From contig JAUZTB010000069.1 in the NCBI GenBank assembly GCA_034780895.1, positions 19,374,582 through 19,438,581 on the forward strand: a stretch of 64,000 nucleotides of DNA, written 5' to 3'. How positions within the stretch are numbered: position 1 is the first letter of the stretch; each line of letters opens with the position of its first letter. This document shows, in pieces, positions 1 to 52,300 of this stretch. A program made the translations under genes and the position numbers. The notes beneath the pieces are model-generated. The model had not been told where the DNA came from. It did not search any database and worked only from the letters and a program-made list of their open reading frames with translations. Source of the stretch: Rhynchobatus australiae. Lineage: Eukaryota.

Positions 1-769
1 AGCAGATTTTGATGTCGGGAAAATGCACAAAGTCAGTAAACCTCATCAACAATGAGCATTCATTCTATTTCTCTTCAACCATGACCAGAACTTGTGTCTG
101 TCTAAAGGTTTCATGCTCCTTGACTGCCATCTGGTGGTAGGTCCTGAAGGACAAGTGCAGACATTTGGCACCAACAAACCTACAACTCCTGAAACAGGTC
201 ATTGCAGCAACTTATTTCCAAATGTTAACTCACATTGCAGTAACATCACCAACAACCTCAACCCCATGAATCCTCATGTAATCCAAAGTAATTAGGGTGG
301 AAATGAACCTGGACCCAATTCTAACCCCAGATCAGCCTTGAACCAAGATCTACCCAAAACATTCACTCTAAGTTGTACCTTCCCCAGACCAGGATCTTGA
401 ACCATATAGACAAGAGATGAAAGTTCAAAGGGAGAGAGGGCAATTACTGGGCTGAGTTGGGGGAGATGAGCTCTCCTGGCTCCACAGAAGGGGCTTCGAT
501 ATAATCTTAATCTCAGGACAACAGAGACCTTCATCTTTACAGCAAGACTAATGCACAAGGAGAGGGGCTGCTGGTGCCTGCTGCTAAACAAAGATGCTGC
601 TGGGCAGCTATTGAGCCACACTTACTCACCACACTTACATCTTTAATGCAATCTCCAGTGGTGCTTTCACCAGCCAGGGTTTAATTGAGTATAGGCTGTA
701 CTGTACCCACTGCCAGTGGCTCACAGTCACAGGCTCTCAGTACTGACTTCAGTGAAGCAGAAGGAACAG

Positions 770-1020
770 TGTAAACCCATCACAGGCCTATTGCAACCAG
801 TACAGACCCAGAAAATTCAGCTAAAGACTAGCACAGGTCCATTACACCCCGTGCAGGACCATTGCATCTAGCACATACCTAGCACAGGCACATTACAACC
901 AGTACAGATCTCGTGGAGACACTTTACACGGAGCACAGACCCATCACATACCCAGCATTGATCCATCACAACCAGAACTGTAATCCACCCAGCAATGGGA
1001 CAGCACATCTGGGACAGGCC
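770..1020. repeat. Degenerate tandem repeat (attacaaccagtacaga / cagcacagaccc motifs)
   Basis: Recurring motifs are visible by eye. Confidence 0.5.
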
Positions 1021-2109
1021 CTCAATCTCTTCCACTATTCAATCAGATCACAGTTGAAGAGTGGTCAAGCTCCATCCACTCAATAGGAGAGGGCTACTTC
1101 CTGCACCTTGACTTGGGTCTCACTACACTTCCAGCCCCTCCAAGCTCTGTAACCTTCACAGGCTCAGAACCCTCCCAGTCTCTGTAACCTCCTTCACCCC
1201 AGACCTCTGCTAGCTCCGATTTCTGTACCGTCCTCAAGCCTCATAACCCCTCTGATCTCTTTAAGTTCCTGCAGTTCCACATACCTCCATCTTTGTTATC
1301 TCCACCAGACCAACCTAGTTGGAGGCTGTACTTCTAGCTGTTCAAGCCCTAAAGTCTGAAGTTCTCTTCTAAACCTCGCTGCCTCTCTCTCCTTTCAGAA
1401 GCTGCTTAAACCCTACATTTTGCTCCAAATTTTTGGATGTCTGGCTTAACATCTTTGCTGGCTTCCCATCAAGGTTTATTAAACAATTGCATCTGTGAAG
1501 TGTCTTGGGACACTTTAAAACATTAAAGCTTCTATTTAATGCAAAATATTATCATTTCAGGGACAGCATGAAGCTTGAAATTCCTTAACTACCTTCTCTC
1601 CAATTTCAACTCCTCCCACCGCCAAAATATTGTCACCAAGCTACAAGTTCTTGGAGAAGTTGTCATCTTTTAAAAGTTTAGCACAGGGCTGATGCCCCAT
1701 TGTGGCCGTATTTCTGCTTTGGCTGAGATCAGCGAACTCACCATAAACCAGAGGTGTCTGGGGTATGTGGCTCCATGCCACAATGACAGACCAAAACATT
1801 CATCCTTATACACGCTACACAAACATCACAGAACTCTTTGAACATGGCTCATAATGCTTTAAAACAAAAGTTCGGCTTTTTTTTAAGAATCTGATCAAGC
1901 TTTTCTTTGTATTACAACAAATAACATCAAAACAGCTCTGAATGGAATGGGTACTATGCCATATATCCACTGAGTGGCAGTGTTGTTACACCACATGTGC
2001 TGAAAATTTCAGTTCAATGTGGCTTGCTCTAGGAGCTTGGTATTTTGTTTAAACATTCGTGGGATGGAAAGATTGTGAAAGCTGGTCTTTATTGCCCATA
2101 CTTAGTTTA

Positions 2110-2922
2110 CACTGTGGTTGGTAGAATCTCAGGTGGTGATGAGGAGGCGTACAAAAGTGAGATAGATCAGCTGGTTGTGTCACGTCAGCAACCTCACACT
2201 CAGCATCAGCAAGACCAAGAAATTGATTGTGGACTTCAGGAAGGGGAAGTCAGGAGAACGCGCACCAGTCCTCATTGAGGGGTCAGCGGTGGAAAGGGTG
2301 AGCAGCTTCAAGTTTCTGGGCAACAACATCTCAGAGGATCTATCTTGGGCCCACACATTGATGCAATCACAAAGAAGACATGCCAGTGGCTCTACTTTGT
2401 TAGGAGTTTGAGGAGATTTGGTATGTCACCAGACTCTTACAAATTTCTATGGATATACAGTTCAGAGCACTCTGACTGGTTGCATCACAGCCTCGTACGG
2501 AGGCTCCAATGCACAGGATTGAAAGAGGCTGCAGAGAGTTGTAGACTCAGCCAGCTCCATCATGGGCACAACCCTCCCCACCATCAAGGATATCTTCAAG
2601 AGGTGGTGCCTCAAGACGATGACATCTATCACTAAGGACCCTCACCATCCAGGACATGCCCCCTTCTCGTTACTATCACTGGGGGAGGTGGTTCAGGAGC
2701 CTGAAGACCCACATTCAATGATTTAGAAACAGCTTCTTCTCCTCCACCATCAGATTTCTGAATGGTCCATGAACTCATGAACGCCATCTTGTTTTTCCTT
2801 TTTGTTTGCACTAATTATTTATTTTTATAATTTATAGTAATTCTTATGTCTTAGCACTGTACTGCTGCTGCAAAACAATAAATTTTGTGTCATAAGTCAG
2901 CGCTAATAAATCTGATTCTGAT
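2110..2922 (+). mobile_element. Rex1/Babar-type LINE, 3' fragment
   Basis: TVVGRISGGDEEAYKSEIDQL, SKTKKLIVDFRK, VERVSSFKFLG, QWLYFVRSLRRFG with frameshifts; tail aataaatctgattctgatt. Confidence 0.85.
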
Positions 2923-2924
2923 TA

Positions 2925-3990
2925 CATAATGGTTAAAGCACAGAAGTCCATTTGGCACATTGCATTCATACAAGAGCTTGTCCCAATCCCCATATCCCTG
3001 GAAAATCTTTCCTTTCAGACACAGTTTGAATGCTATGATGGAATTTGCCACTACTTCCCCTGGCAGTGCATTACAGACCCTAACCATTTACTGTGAAAAG
3101 TTCTTACCTCGTATTAACTTTGGTCAATTTACCACCCATCATCACTCTGTGCCCCCTCATTCTTGACCGTTCCACCAGAAGAAAGTGTCTCTGTCTAATA
3201 CATTTCATAATTTAAATATCCCTATCAAATTTCATCACAGCTCTGCTCAAAGGAGAACAATTCCATCTTCTCTAGTCTATTCCTGTAAATCTCTGCATCA
3301 CCCACTCCAGAGCCTTTATATCTTTCTTAAAGTATTTCACCCAGAACCGGGCACACTGCTCCAGCTGTGGCCAAACGAGGGTTTGACAAAGATTCATTAT
3401 GACTTCCTTGCTCTTGTACTTCTAAGCCTCTATTTATAAAGTGTGCAATCCTGTACATTTTTTTTTATTTAAAAACTTCCTTGACCTCCCTGCTACTTGC
3501 AATATATATACCACCAGAACTCTAGAGTTGACCTTTTTAGAATTGTGCCCTTTAATCTATATTGAACCTCCTCATTTTTCAAACTAAAATGTTACATTTC
3601 TGGTCTCTCAGCAATAAATTCCATCTGCAACCTATTTGTCTGTACCATAAGCCTGTCTACACCTCTTCGAAAGTCTATTACTGTAGCCTGCACAGTTCAC
3701 TGTGTCTCTGTGCTTTATGACATCTACAGGTGTAGAAATTGTACCCTGTACACCCAAGTGCAAGTCATTGACATCTATTCAGTCCAGCTCCACTGGATAG
3801 TTGTCTCTGTTCTGAAAAAACACCTTTCACTGTTTTCTGCTAATTAGCCAATTTCCGATCAGTGTTGCTTCAGCCTCTTTCATTACATTGCCTTTCCATC
3901 TTCATCTCAAGCTATCATGCCGCACTTAATCAAACGCCCTTTGGAATCCTATTTATATCAAATCAACTGCATTTCCCTCATCAACCCCGA
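2925..3990 (-). mobile_element. Decayed CR1 3' fragment
   Basis: VRVCNALPGEVV in ORF 2890..3087; ccagaaccgggcacactgctccagc motif. Confidence 0.7.
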
Positions 3991-5160
3991 GTATCTCCAT
4001 CATTTTCAGTTTTTATTTCAGACTTCCAGCATCTGTAATTGTTTGCTCTGTGCGACCTGGAGTCCAGTGGTCCTGGTGGAACCCAGAATGAGTGCCAGTC
4101 AGCAGGCTCTGGGTGGCTGAAGTTCGATGGCATTGGCTCCTTTGCCCCATGGATGGAACTGGATTTGTCCCGCTTTTCAACATACGACATGCCAGGGCCA
4201 ATCCCAGGCAAGAGAAAGGATCTCAAAGAAAATGGGAGCAAGAGCAGGTCGCGGAGTATCTGAGCAAGAGGGTTATCTGCAACTGAGGGCTTGGACAGAG
4301 GGTTATCTGCAACTGGTGACAGGGAGGAGAGGTAGTTCAAGGAACGATGCCCAGGGTGGAACAAGCTGTTGACTGGAACCTTGTGCTCAGTGAAGTCAAC
4401 CACCTCACCCCACCCCCTGACCACCAAGGTAACAAGCTGAATTTCACTGAAGGACGCAGCTTTGAAAACAAAACTGGGCCAAGTATTCCTTGTGAGAGGG
4501 CCACAGATGTCAACCACTGGCCAATCGCTCTCCCAATCCTTACCAAATCTATCATGTTAAACCACAGAATCACACAGCATAGGCCACTCAGTCCACTTTG
4601 CCTGTGCTAGCTCTTTGGTAAAGCTGTTGAATTAAATCAGTTCCCCACGTCTTTATTGGTGGTCCTGCAGATCTTATTCTTTCAACGATTTACCAATTTC
4701 TACTTGAAAGCTGCCACTGAACTTTGTTTTATCACTCTCACAAAACAAAAGGAGTGGCAGCCAACAGCCCCACTCTAAAGATTTTATAAAATCACATCAG
4801 ACTCCTTGGTTCAAGATCACTACCTTACCCAATTCCCATATCCCCAATTCCGTAAGCAGCTAAAAGTCTATCTCACCTTTGAACATACTCAACATCTGGG
4901 TAGCCCAGGGTAGAGTTCAAAGATCTTCATCCTCAGCCCCAAATGGTCAAACCTTCACTCTGAGATGACAACCCCTCATTCTGGACCCTACAGCTGGAGG
5001 GGACAGACTGTTGGCATCTACCCTGTCAACTCCTCCCAGAGTCTTGTGTGTGTCAATGAGAGTACCCCTCATCCTTCAGAACACCAGTATATTTAGCCAA
5101 ACCCAAACTAGTGGTTAAAAACATGACAAGAGCTGACACAGGGTAGGGTACAGGGAACAT

Positions 5161-5166
5161 TTTATT
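5161..5166 (-). promoter_or_regulatory. Candidate distal polyadenylation signal AATAAA
   Basis: Minus strand reads ...TCTGTGTTCAATGT-AATAAA-ATGTTCC; transposon-derived sequence resumes shortly beyond it. Confidence 0.6.
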
Positions 5167-5940
5167 ACATTGAACACAGAAACAAATTTAAACTGAAATG
5201 GTTGCAATCACAGGGCGCCCTGATCTGTGTGAGGGCCTGAGAGACCCTGCCCCATAAACTGCTGTCTGTCTGGATCAGGACAGGATATTACCTGCACTGT
5301 TTACACCGACACCTCCAGGGACCAATCTGAAAACCCCCAGAGTCTCTCCTCTCAGCAACAAAAGCCCAGCAGCTCAGAGCAGAAACTCCTGGGAAATCAG
5401 ACATGAGTCAGTAACCAGAGTGAATTATATTGTGGTCGAATGCTAAGACACATTCGGACAACACTGGAACACGATGGATATTCAGATGCCACTGATTGAA
5501 AATTAAAAGCAAATCTGTCAAATTACACAGGGAACAATTCAGCTCAAAGTCCCGAATGGTCCCAGGAACACTTGCTTCCACCCTGCAGACTATTAAAGTA
5601 TTAACATTTACATTAATTCAGTGAAATTCAATCTAACAAAAGGGATAAAGTTTCATTTATACAAAAATAGATTTCTGTAGACATTTTTCTTCTCTTTTTT
5701 TTGTTTTTCAGCAAGTGTTCGTAGTGTCAACACAGACTGATCACCATCACGTCTCAAAACTGACTGACCACAAGAATGGGCACACCCATCAGTACAGCTC
5801 TGATCACCAGGGAGGGGAGAAGGCTGAGAGGACAAGTGAGACCGAGACTCGTATTGTGGGGGTGAAGAGAGATGAACAAGAGAGAGACTGGGAGAAAAAT
5901 GGTGAAGGAGAGATACATACGCACAGAAACAAAAAATGTG

Positions 5941-5974
5941 CAACACACACAACACACACACACACACACACACA
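5941..5974. repeat. (CA)n microsatellite, read as (UG)n on the RXR transcript
   Basis: caacacacacaacacacacacacacacacacaca. Confidence 0.95.
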
Positions 5975-6273
5975 GGGACTGAAAGGCAGAAGAACAACAG
6001 AGAAAGGCAGATAGAAAGATAAGGGGAGACAATGAGAGATGGGGAGAACTGTAAAGATGACTATAGACTTTGACATGATTGACAAAATGAGATTAAACAA
6101 AGTGATACACAGTACAGATGATGAAATGAGGAAAGGGAAGAGATGAGCTGAAGAGAATGTCTGTATCCTGAGTAAATTCTCCAGGAACAGAGACTCCTGG
6201 TGAGCTCCCCTTCCACTGTGCTCCTGCCCTGTGGCTGTGTTGTTTCGAGAGTGGTCTGGTGTGAGCGCCTCCA

Positions 6274-6279
6274 TTTATT
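6274..6279 (-). promoter_or_regulatory. Candidate proximal polyadenylation signal AATAAA
   Basis: Follows an AU-rich tract (6300-6400) on the minus strand. Confidence 0.45.
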
Positions 6280-7912
6280 GCATAACTTTCTGTGCTTGCA
6301 ACAGTTTAAAAATGCAATTTTTAACTTTTTTTTACAAAATTGCTGTACTTAAAATATTTATATTTCAGGTTAAAATTCAGATTTGAAGTAAAATAAAGAA
6401 CACAAAGACCAAATCAGGACAGCACTGGAGAGAACCCGTGTACAAAGATGAATACCACAACCCACGAGGAAATGTGGGCAGAACAGAGGAGATTGAGGAG
6501 CTGAAGACAGGGATACGGTTAAATGAGGTTTAAACTCCAGTTATCCATGGTTTGGAAAAATAGTCAGGAGCTGATCGAGGCCAATCCGCGTGAACCTCTG
6601 ATGGGTAAAACTCTTCTCCGACCCCTAGACTCTGAGGAGAAAGGAAGGGGAGGGCTGGAGAGTACAAAGCAGGGAGGAGAGGGAGGTGAGGAATGGAGAG
6701 GTGAGAAAGAGGGCAGCAAGGAAGTGGGGAAACGGAGGAGAGGGAGGATTAGTATTAGTGTGGAGGACAAGAGGCATGTGCTTGGGAAGAGTGGCACTGA
6801 TCAGTTTAAGTGCAGATTGAACATTCGAGCTCCTTAATTTTTAAAACCAAACTCCTTTTACCCGGTCACGTTGTATTCAGGCTTGACCTTTACTCATTAC
6901 TTGAATGTTTTCCTTAGCAGCAAAGAATCTTCAGGATGCAAAAGCCCCAAACCCACCCAATATTCACAGACTGGACTGGATGGAAGGGGGCAACAAGACA
7001 TCCCGAATGCACCAATCCATTCTTGGCAGCTCAGGAGGAGGGTGCTGATGAGGCCGTGTAACTCAATCATGCATTGCAGGCGATTATTTCACTGATGTTA
7101 TAGCCGGCTTGAAGCACGGAGTTTTGTGCTGAATATCCGCCTGCCATACGGCCAAGGTCGTATTGGAGCAAGGTTGTTTTGTTCGGATTAATCCAAAAAT
7201 TAACAAAGACCATAAAGTATTCCATGAGACATTCAGTTGGTAGACCAAGTGCGAGATTGAGAACTGCTCTGGGTTCTACATGGGTTTGGAACGTGTAAAC
7301 GTGCTCTGTTTATTAGCCACATCGCTCCAGCCAGCTCAGTGAGAAAGCAGAGACAGGGAAACAATCAGTGTGCAGCTTGCGAGATCCCAGTTGGGAGAAT
7401 TTGCAACTAAACTAGTGAGAGGGCAGATTCAGAGGAGGCCAAATTCCATCTTGCTTCACACCTCCACCAGAGAACCTCATATTGGGAATGGAGGCCACCC
7501 AGAGTTCTTCGAAGTCCAACTTCCAGCGCTGACAAATCTGTGTTGATGTCGACAAGACCAATCCCTCGAGACTACCCCACATGCCGACACAAACCAGGAA
7601 CGAGATCCAAGTTAAATGAAGCCTCTGCTGCACTCAGGGAAGAGTCAGGGTGCGTGCGGACACATGCACACACAGATACCGCAGATCATCTCAACAAGCA
7701 ATTCGTCACAGACCCAGAGATTGATGCAGAGTGTATATAAAAAGAAAATTATTCCTTTGTCATCTCATTAATGAGGAATTACAGTTGAGGGTGGGATGCA
7801 AGGGGTGGGGGCGGGGGCTGTAAATGCAGAGGGGAGGCCAAGGATTTTTGCACCGAGCCTGTACAAAAAGATGGCAAATCTGTTTCTGGGCTGCAGTTTT
7901 CTGTCTGCCCAC

Positions 7913-48421
<40,509 letters not shown>

Positions 48422-49099
48422 GGACACATTCACTTGTGTTCAAGAGTCTGTAAGAAGATCAAATATTTTAAAATGCTGAAATAAGACATAACACTACCTT
48501 CATTATATAACTCGCTACACATTCCTCTACATCCCATAACACATGGTGGAAACATACAAAACAGGAATTAGTTACAATGACAGAAGTCTCAGCATTCCTT
48601 AATACAAGAAGGTCATTTTGCTACTGAAGTGATTTGTCAGATTGAAGCAAGATTGCCAGAAACAGGATGATTGGTGTTCAATGTGCCACATGACCCAAAA
48701 GGAGTTGACCGTCATATCCAGCCTACAAAAAGGACAAGTGAATTGTGTGCAAGCACAGAAACTGGTGTGGGTTCTGTCAAACATTTTGCATTAATATAAA
48801 TGGGACATCCTATGCCAGGATATTCAATATAAAAGGCACATCTTGTGCACAGCACACTAAAGTTGACTCAAGTTAAAAAATAAGGATGTCACCCAAAATT
48901 ATAGTTGCTCCTGAAATATGTTGATATTCATGAAATTATCAACAGCAAACCTAAAGAGAGGGAGAGATTAATAAAGCAGGCATCAAGCCACAGCTCCAGA
49001 CAGTAAACAGATGCCAGATAGCATAAGTGTACAGCAGAGTGTGAAGAGAGCAAGCAATATACTAAAGGGCAGGGATCAGGGAATCAAAGGCTAGTTTGT

Positions 49100-49360
49100 T
49101 TTTTTGTACTTTTTAAATTCCCTGATCATCCCAAAGTGCTTCACAGGCAATTAACTTCTGCAATTATTATATAACTATATGACACAAGTGCAATGAGATG
49201 CATATTTCTGGTACATGTTTATGGAGGAATATTGCCCAAGATGCCAGGAAAACTTCCCTGCTCTTCTTCAAATCATGCCTGTGGGATCATTAAAATCCAT
49301 CTTGACAAGCAGATAGTTCCTCAGTTTAATATCTTGTCTTAAAGATGGCACTCACTCAAG
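49100..49360 (-). mobile_element. DeuSINE-type (AmnSINE/SacSINE-like) ancient SINE fragment; related copies at about 15960-16130 (-), 54370-54460 (-), 57270-57470 (-) and 46430-46800 (+)
   Basis: ccctgctcttcttcaaa...gggatc...cctcagtttaatatc...aaagatggcac resembles the Deu core as I recall it. Confidence 0.6.
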
Positions 49361-52300
49361 ACGTCCCCTCCAACAATTTGCCATTCCCGCTGTACTACCC
49401 ATCTGACAATGTGCCAGTCCCACAATACTGCTTCACAATATTTATCCCTTTGATGACCATTAAATAGAACTGGTGATTATCTCGCTGGTGTTTGTGGGAC
49501 TTACCCATATGTTAACTCATTGTGATACTTTAGACATCACAGCAGGGACTACATTTCAAAAGTACTAAATGTAGTACTCATGATGTACCAGTGTTCTCTA
49601 GAGATTGGCTCTAAAGAACTCTGGTAGATCATGAGTTCTGTCGTTATTTATCTATGTAGCTATCCAGTTGATTTCAGCAAGCCACGCTACTGCGGCACTT
49701 ATTGTCATGCTGAATGCTCTCACCACCCCCAAAAATTGTGTTCTTTTGATCAGTGAGGAAGCTGTGACTGAGTGGCGCCATTAAAGAGTGAAAAGCAGAC
49801 TCAGATCCCACAGCGGATGCAATATAGTCAGGTCAGACTTCACATCCAAGGATACTGCACATTTATGCCAGACATCCACCAAACAAGTAGGAAAAAAAAG
49901 CATACATTTCAATATGCAGTCAACCACACCAGAGAATGCATCACAGTTATTAATGAACATCTGCCCTATTCACTGATTTAATGCAAGTGAAAGTTAGTGT
50001 TGGTCAATACCAACACCAAACATTTCTAGAGCAGGTTAGAGAGCAAAATTCCCTTCATGCTGAAGTTGGAAACCTGACCAAAGAAAAGATGAAAAGAGTG
50101 CACAGGTCAGACTACGACTGGAACAAGAATACCAGTGAACCTACCTGGTATGGACCTTTGGTTAGATCAATTTCAATGAAGGGTCCACAGCTGAATTTCT
50201 CCACAGATGTTGTCTGACCCAAGTTTCTGTAACCACAGCAAAAGGTTTTAATTACTTCTCCTTACCATGACCTCCTCTACATGACCCACCCGTGCCTAGC
50301 ACCAGGCCATCCGTGGAACTTCATGCCAAATTCCTGCCTGGCCTATGTCAGCAGCTTCGGGGCCATGTAAACCCTATTCCTCAGTGCTTCCCTGTTTTTC
50401 TCACACAAACCATTTTTATTCTCTCAAGATATTCTCCCACTCTCACTACAATTTCCTGCATTCCCTTCTATAACCCATTTCATTTACTTACACAAAAACA
50501 AAATACTGTGGATGCTGATAAAAATAGATGTTGGGAGGTTAAGCAGTATCTGTTGAGACAGAAACCGACTGAATGCTTCAGGTCAAAGAAGAAATATTAA
50601 ATTGGTTTCTCTCTCCACAAATGGCCTATGACTTGCCAAATATTTCCTGCATCACACTTTCCTTTTATCAGTTGTGTATGATCATTGTGTTGCTATTCAG
50701 CTTTTCGGTTTGATTACCTTGACTGCAATACTGCTGATTATTCAACCAGTTCAATAACTGACTAATGTTACACTCACTCCAACAAACAACATGTTGTATT
50801 ATTTCATCAGTATAAAAACAAAGCTCACATGAATGTTAGTCCCTTCTTTCCATACCAGGCATAAAAACTTGAACTCACGAAATTATATTTGCAGATTTTG
50901 ATCTTGTAGCTCGGCAGTGAGATCCTCGACTTGGGAGTCAGAAATCATTAGTTCAATACACTATTGGGGAGTGACGCATTTACAGGTACTATTCCTCAAA
51001 GGTTAAGCATCAGACGAAAAACTCTACCCAGGCACCATCAGAAAGAGAGAAGGAAATGTTCCCAGCTTTCTGTTCGAACTTTCTCATTAATTGCCCATTA
51101 ACTCACTTGTGGGATTTTGCAGGGTAGAAGATGGCTGTTGCATTTACTAAGAAAAAGCAAAAATTATTGAAATTAATTTATGAAGGGGAATCGGAACGCC
51201 AATTCACTTTTTTTTAATATGAAGCAAGGGTTCGGGAATGAGAGCTTCACTGAAGGAACTGGACATCCCATCCAGAAGCCTGGCTGTACAAGAAATAAAG
51301 TAGGAGGGGATTTTTAACGTTACACTGTTGCCTGTAACCTGACTGGCCTGTGTCAAACAGGCAAGGAATTCCATTTCATGAAGCCTGGGCCAGATTACTC
51401 AATGGAACTTTTCGAACTATTTTTGAGGTACTCCACAGAACAATTCATCTGAAGAGATTATAGTCACCTCCAGCAGAGAGGCCAAGAATATCAGATTACA
51501 TAGCTCCAGACAGGCTCCAAAACCGCCCACGCTACCAGGCATCAGCACAGAAACAAGAGAGAAATTGTTGACATAAATTTGGCAGGACTGGCAACTCCAG
51601 GACCACTGAGAACTGTAGGGGGTTGTTTGGAGGGGGTGCTGAGGATTTCCAAGGCATTCAACTGTGAACGAACATTGCACCGCACCAACACGCAGAAAGC
51701 AGCCTCAGGATTTAAACAGAAAATCCCCATCCAATCCTAATCCTTCTTGGGGCAGAGAGACAAGAGAAGCTTTGTAAAATCAGTCTTCTGTAGCAATGCA
51801 CGGCTGCAGCTGACAGGTGACAAAAAGATTAAAGTGCTGAAGGCAGCCAACAATTCAGGTTCTGATGAGTTTGATAGATTCTCAACAAGCCTACAGGGAC
51901 CTCCTCAAACCCTGGTTTATTCAAGTAATCATGGAACCCAGCTGGGACTGTTTTGCAAGGGAGCAGTCATGGAAACTGCAGAACTAATATTTAATAATTG
52001 ACACAAGCTTTCGCGATTAGACTAACTGTTAATAAGCATCAGATCATCAGGGAGAGCAGGATACTGAGGGGCACCAGAATTGCAAGCAATGTGAGACAAC
52101 ATAAAAAAAAGGCAAATATGCTCACCTTAAATATGTCACTTAGTGGCATTGAGACTGCATTTATTTCAAGAAGGTCATGTGCAGATACTGAATATAACCC
52201 TGCTCAGAGAACTTTCTGTACAAAACACTGAGTACAATCCCAACTTTTACATCCTTATTTTCATCTCTCTGTTCCGAAGTCACCCAATGATATAGGATAC

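Larger units (their letters stand above)
5140..7912 (-). other. Probable RXR 3' UTR (about 2.8 kb)
   Basis: Lies downstream of the stop codon, contains no recognisable interspersed repeats, and has AU-rich blocks with AATAAA at 6279-6274 and 5166-5161. The end point is inferred. Confidence 0.6.

Noticed and set aside
3981-4517. 178-aa minus-strand ORF containing a 30-bp-period duplication (SVADNPL-like twice)
   Set aside because: No recognisable domain; the 3' end runs into repeat sequence, and the repeated peptide comes from a local 19-bp duplication (4267-4285 and 4297-4315).
5653-6274. Cys/Val-rich ORFs of 92-156 aa
   Set aside because: Produced by the (CA)n microsatellite and purine-rich 3' UTR sequence.
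7046-7075. CTGATGAGGCC in the UTR region as a hammerhead core
   Set aside because: No closing stem II or GAAA box follows, and it is antisense to the mRNA.
48440-48442. TGA as a selenocysteine codon
   Set aside because: The aligned residue is Ser in a disordered A/B region rather than a catalytic Cys, and I could not identify a SECIS element in the 3' UTR by eye.
50013-50026. acaccaaacatttc resembles RXRA exon 1 coding sequence (TKHF)
   Set aside because: It is on the plus strand, opposite to the gene, with no ATG or splice donor; a chance match.
50258-50272. Minus-strand ATG|gtaagg as a possible first-exon donor
   Set aside because: A phase-0 join to exon 2 would give only MTLEHK*, and nothing else supports an exon here.
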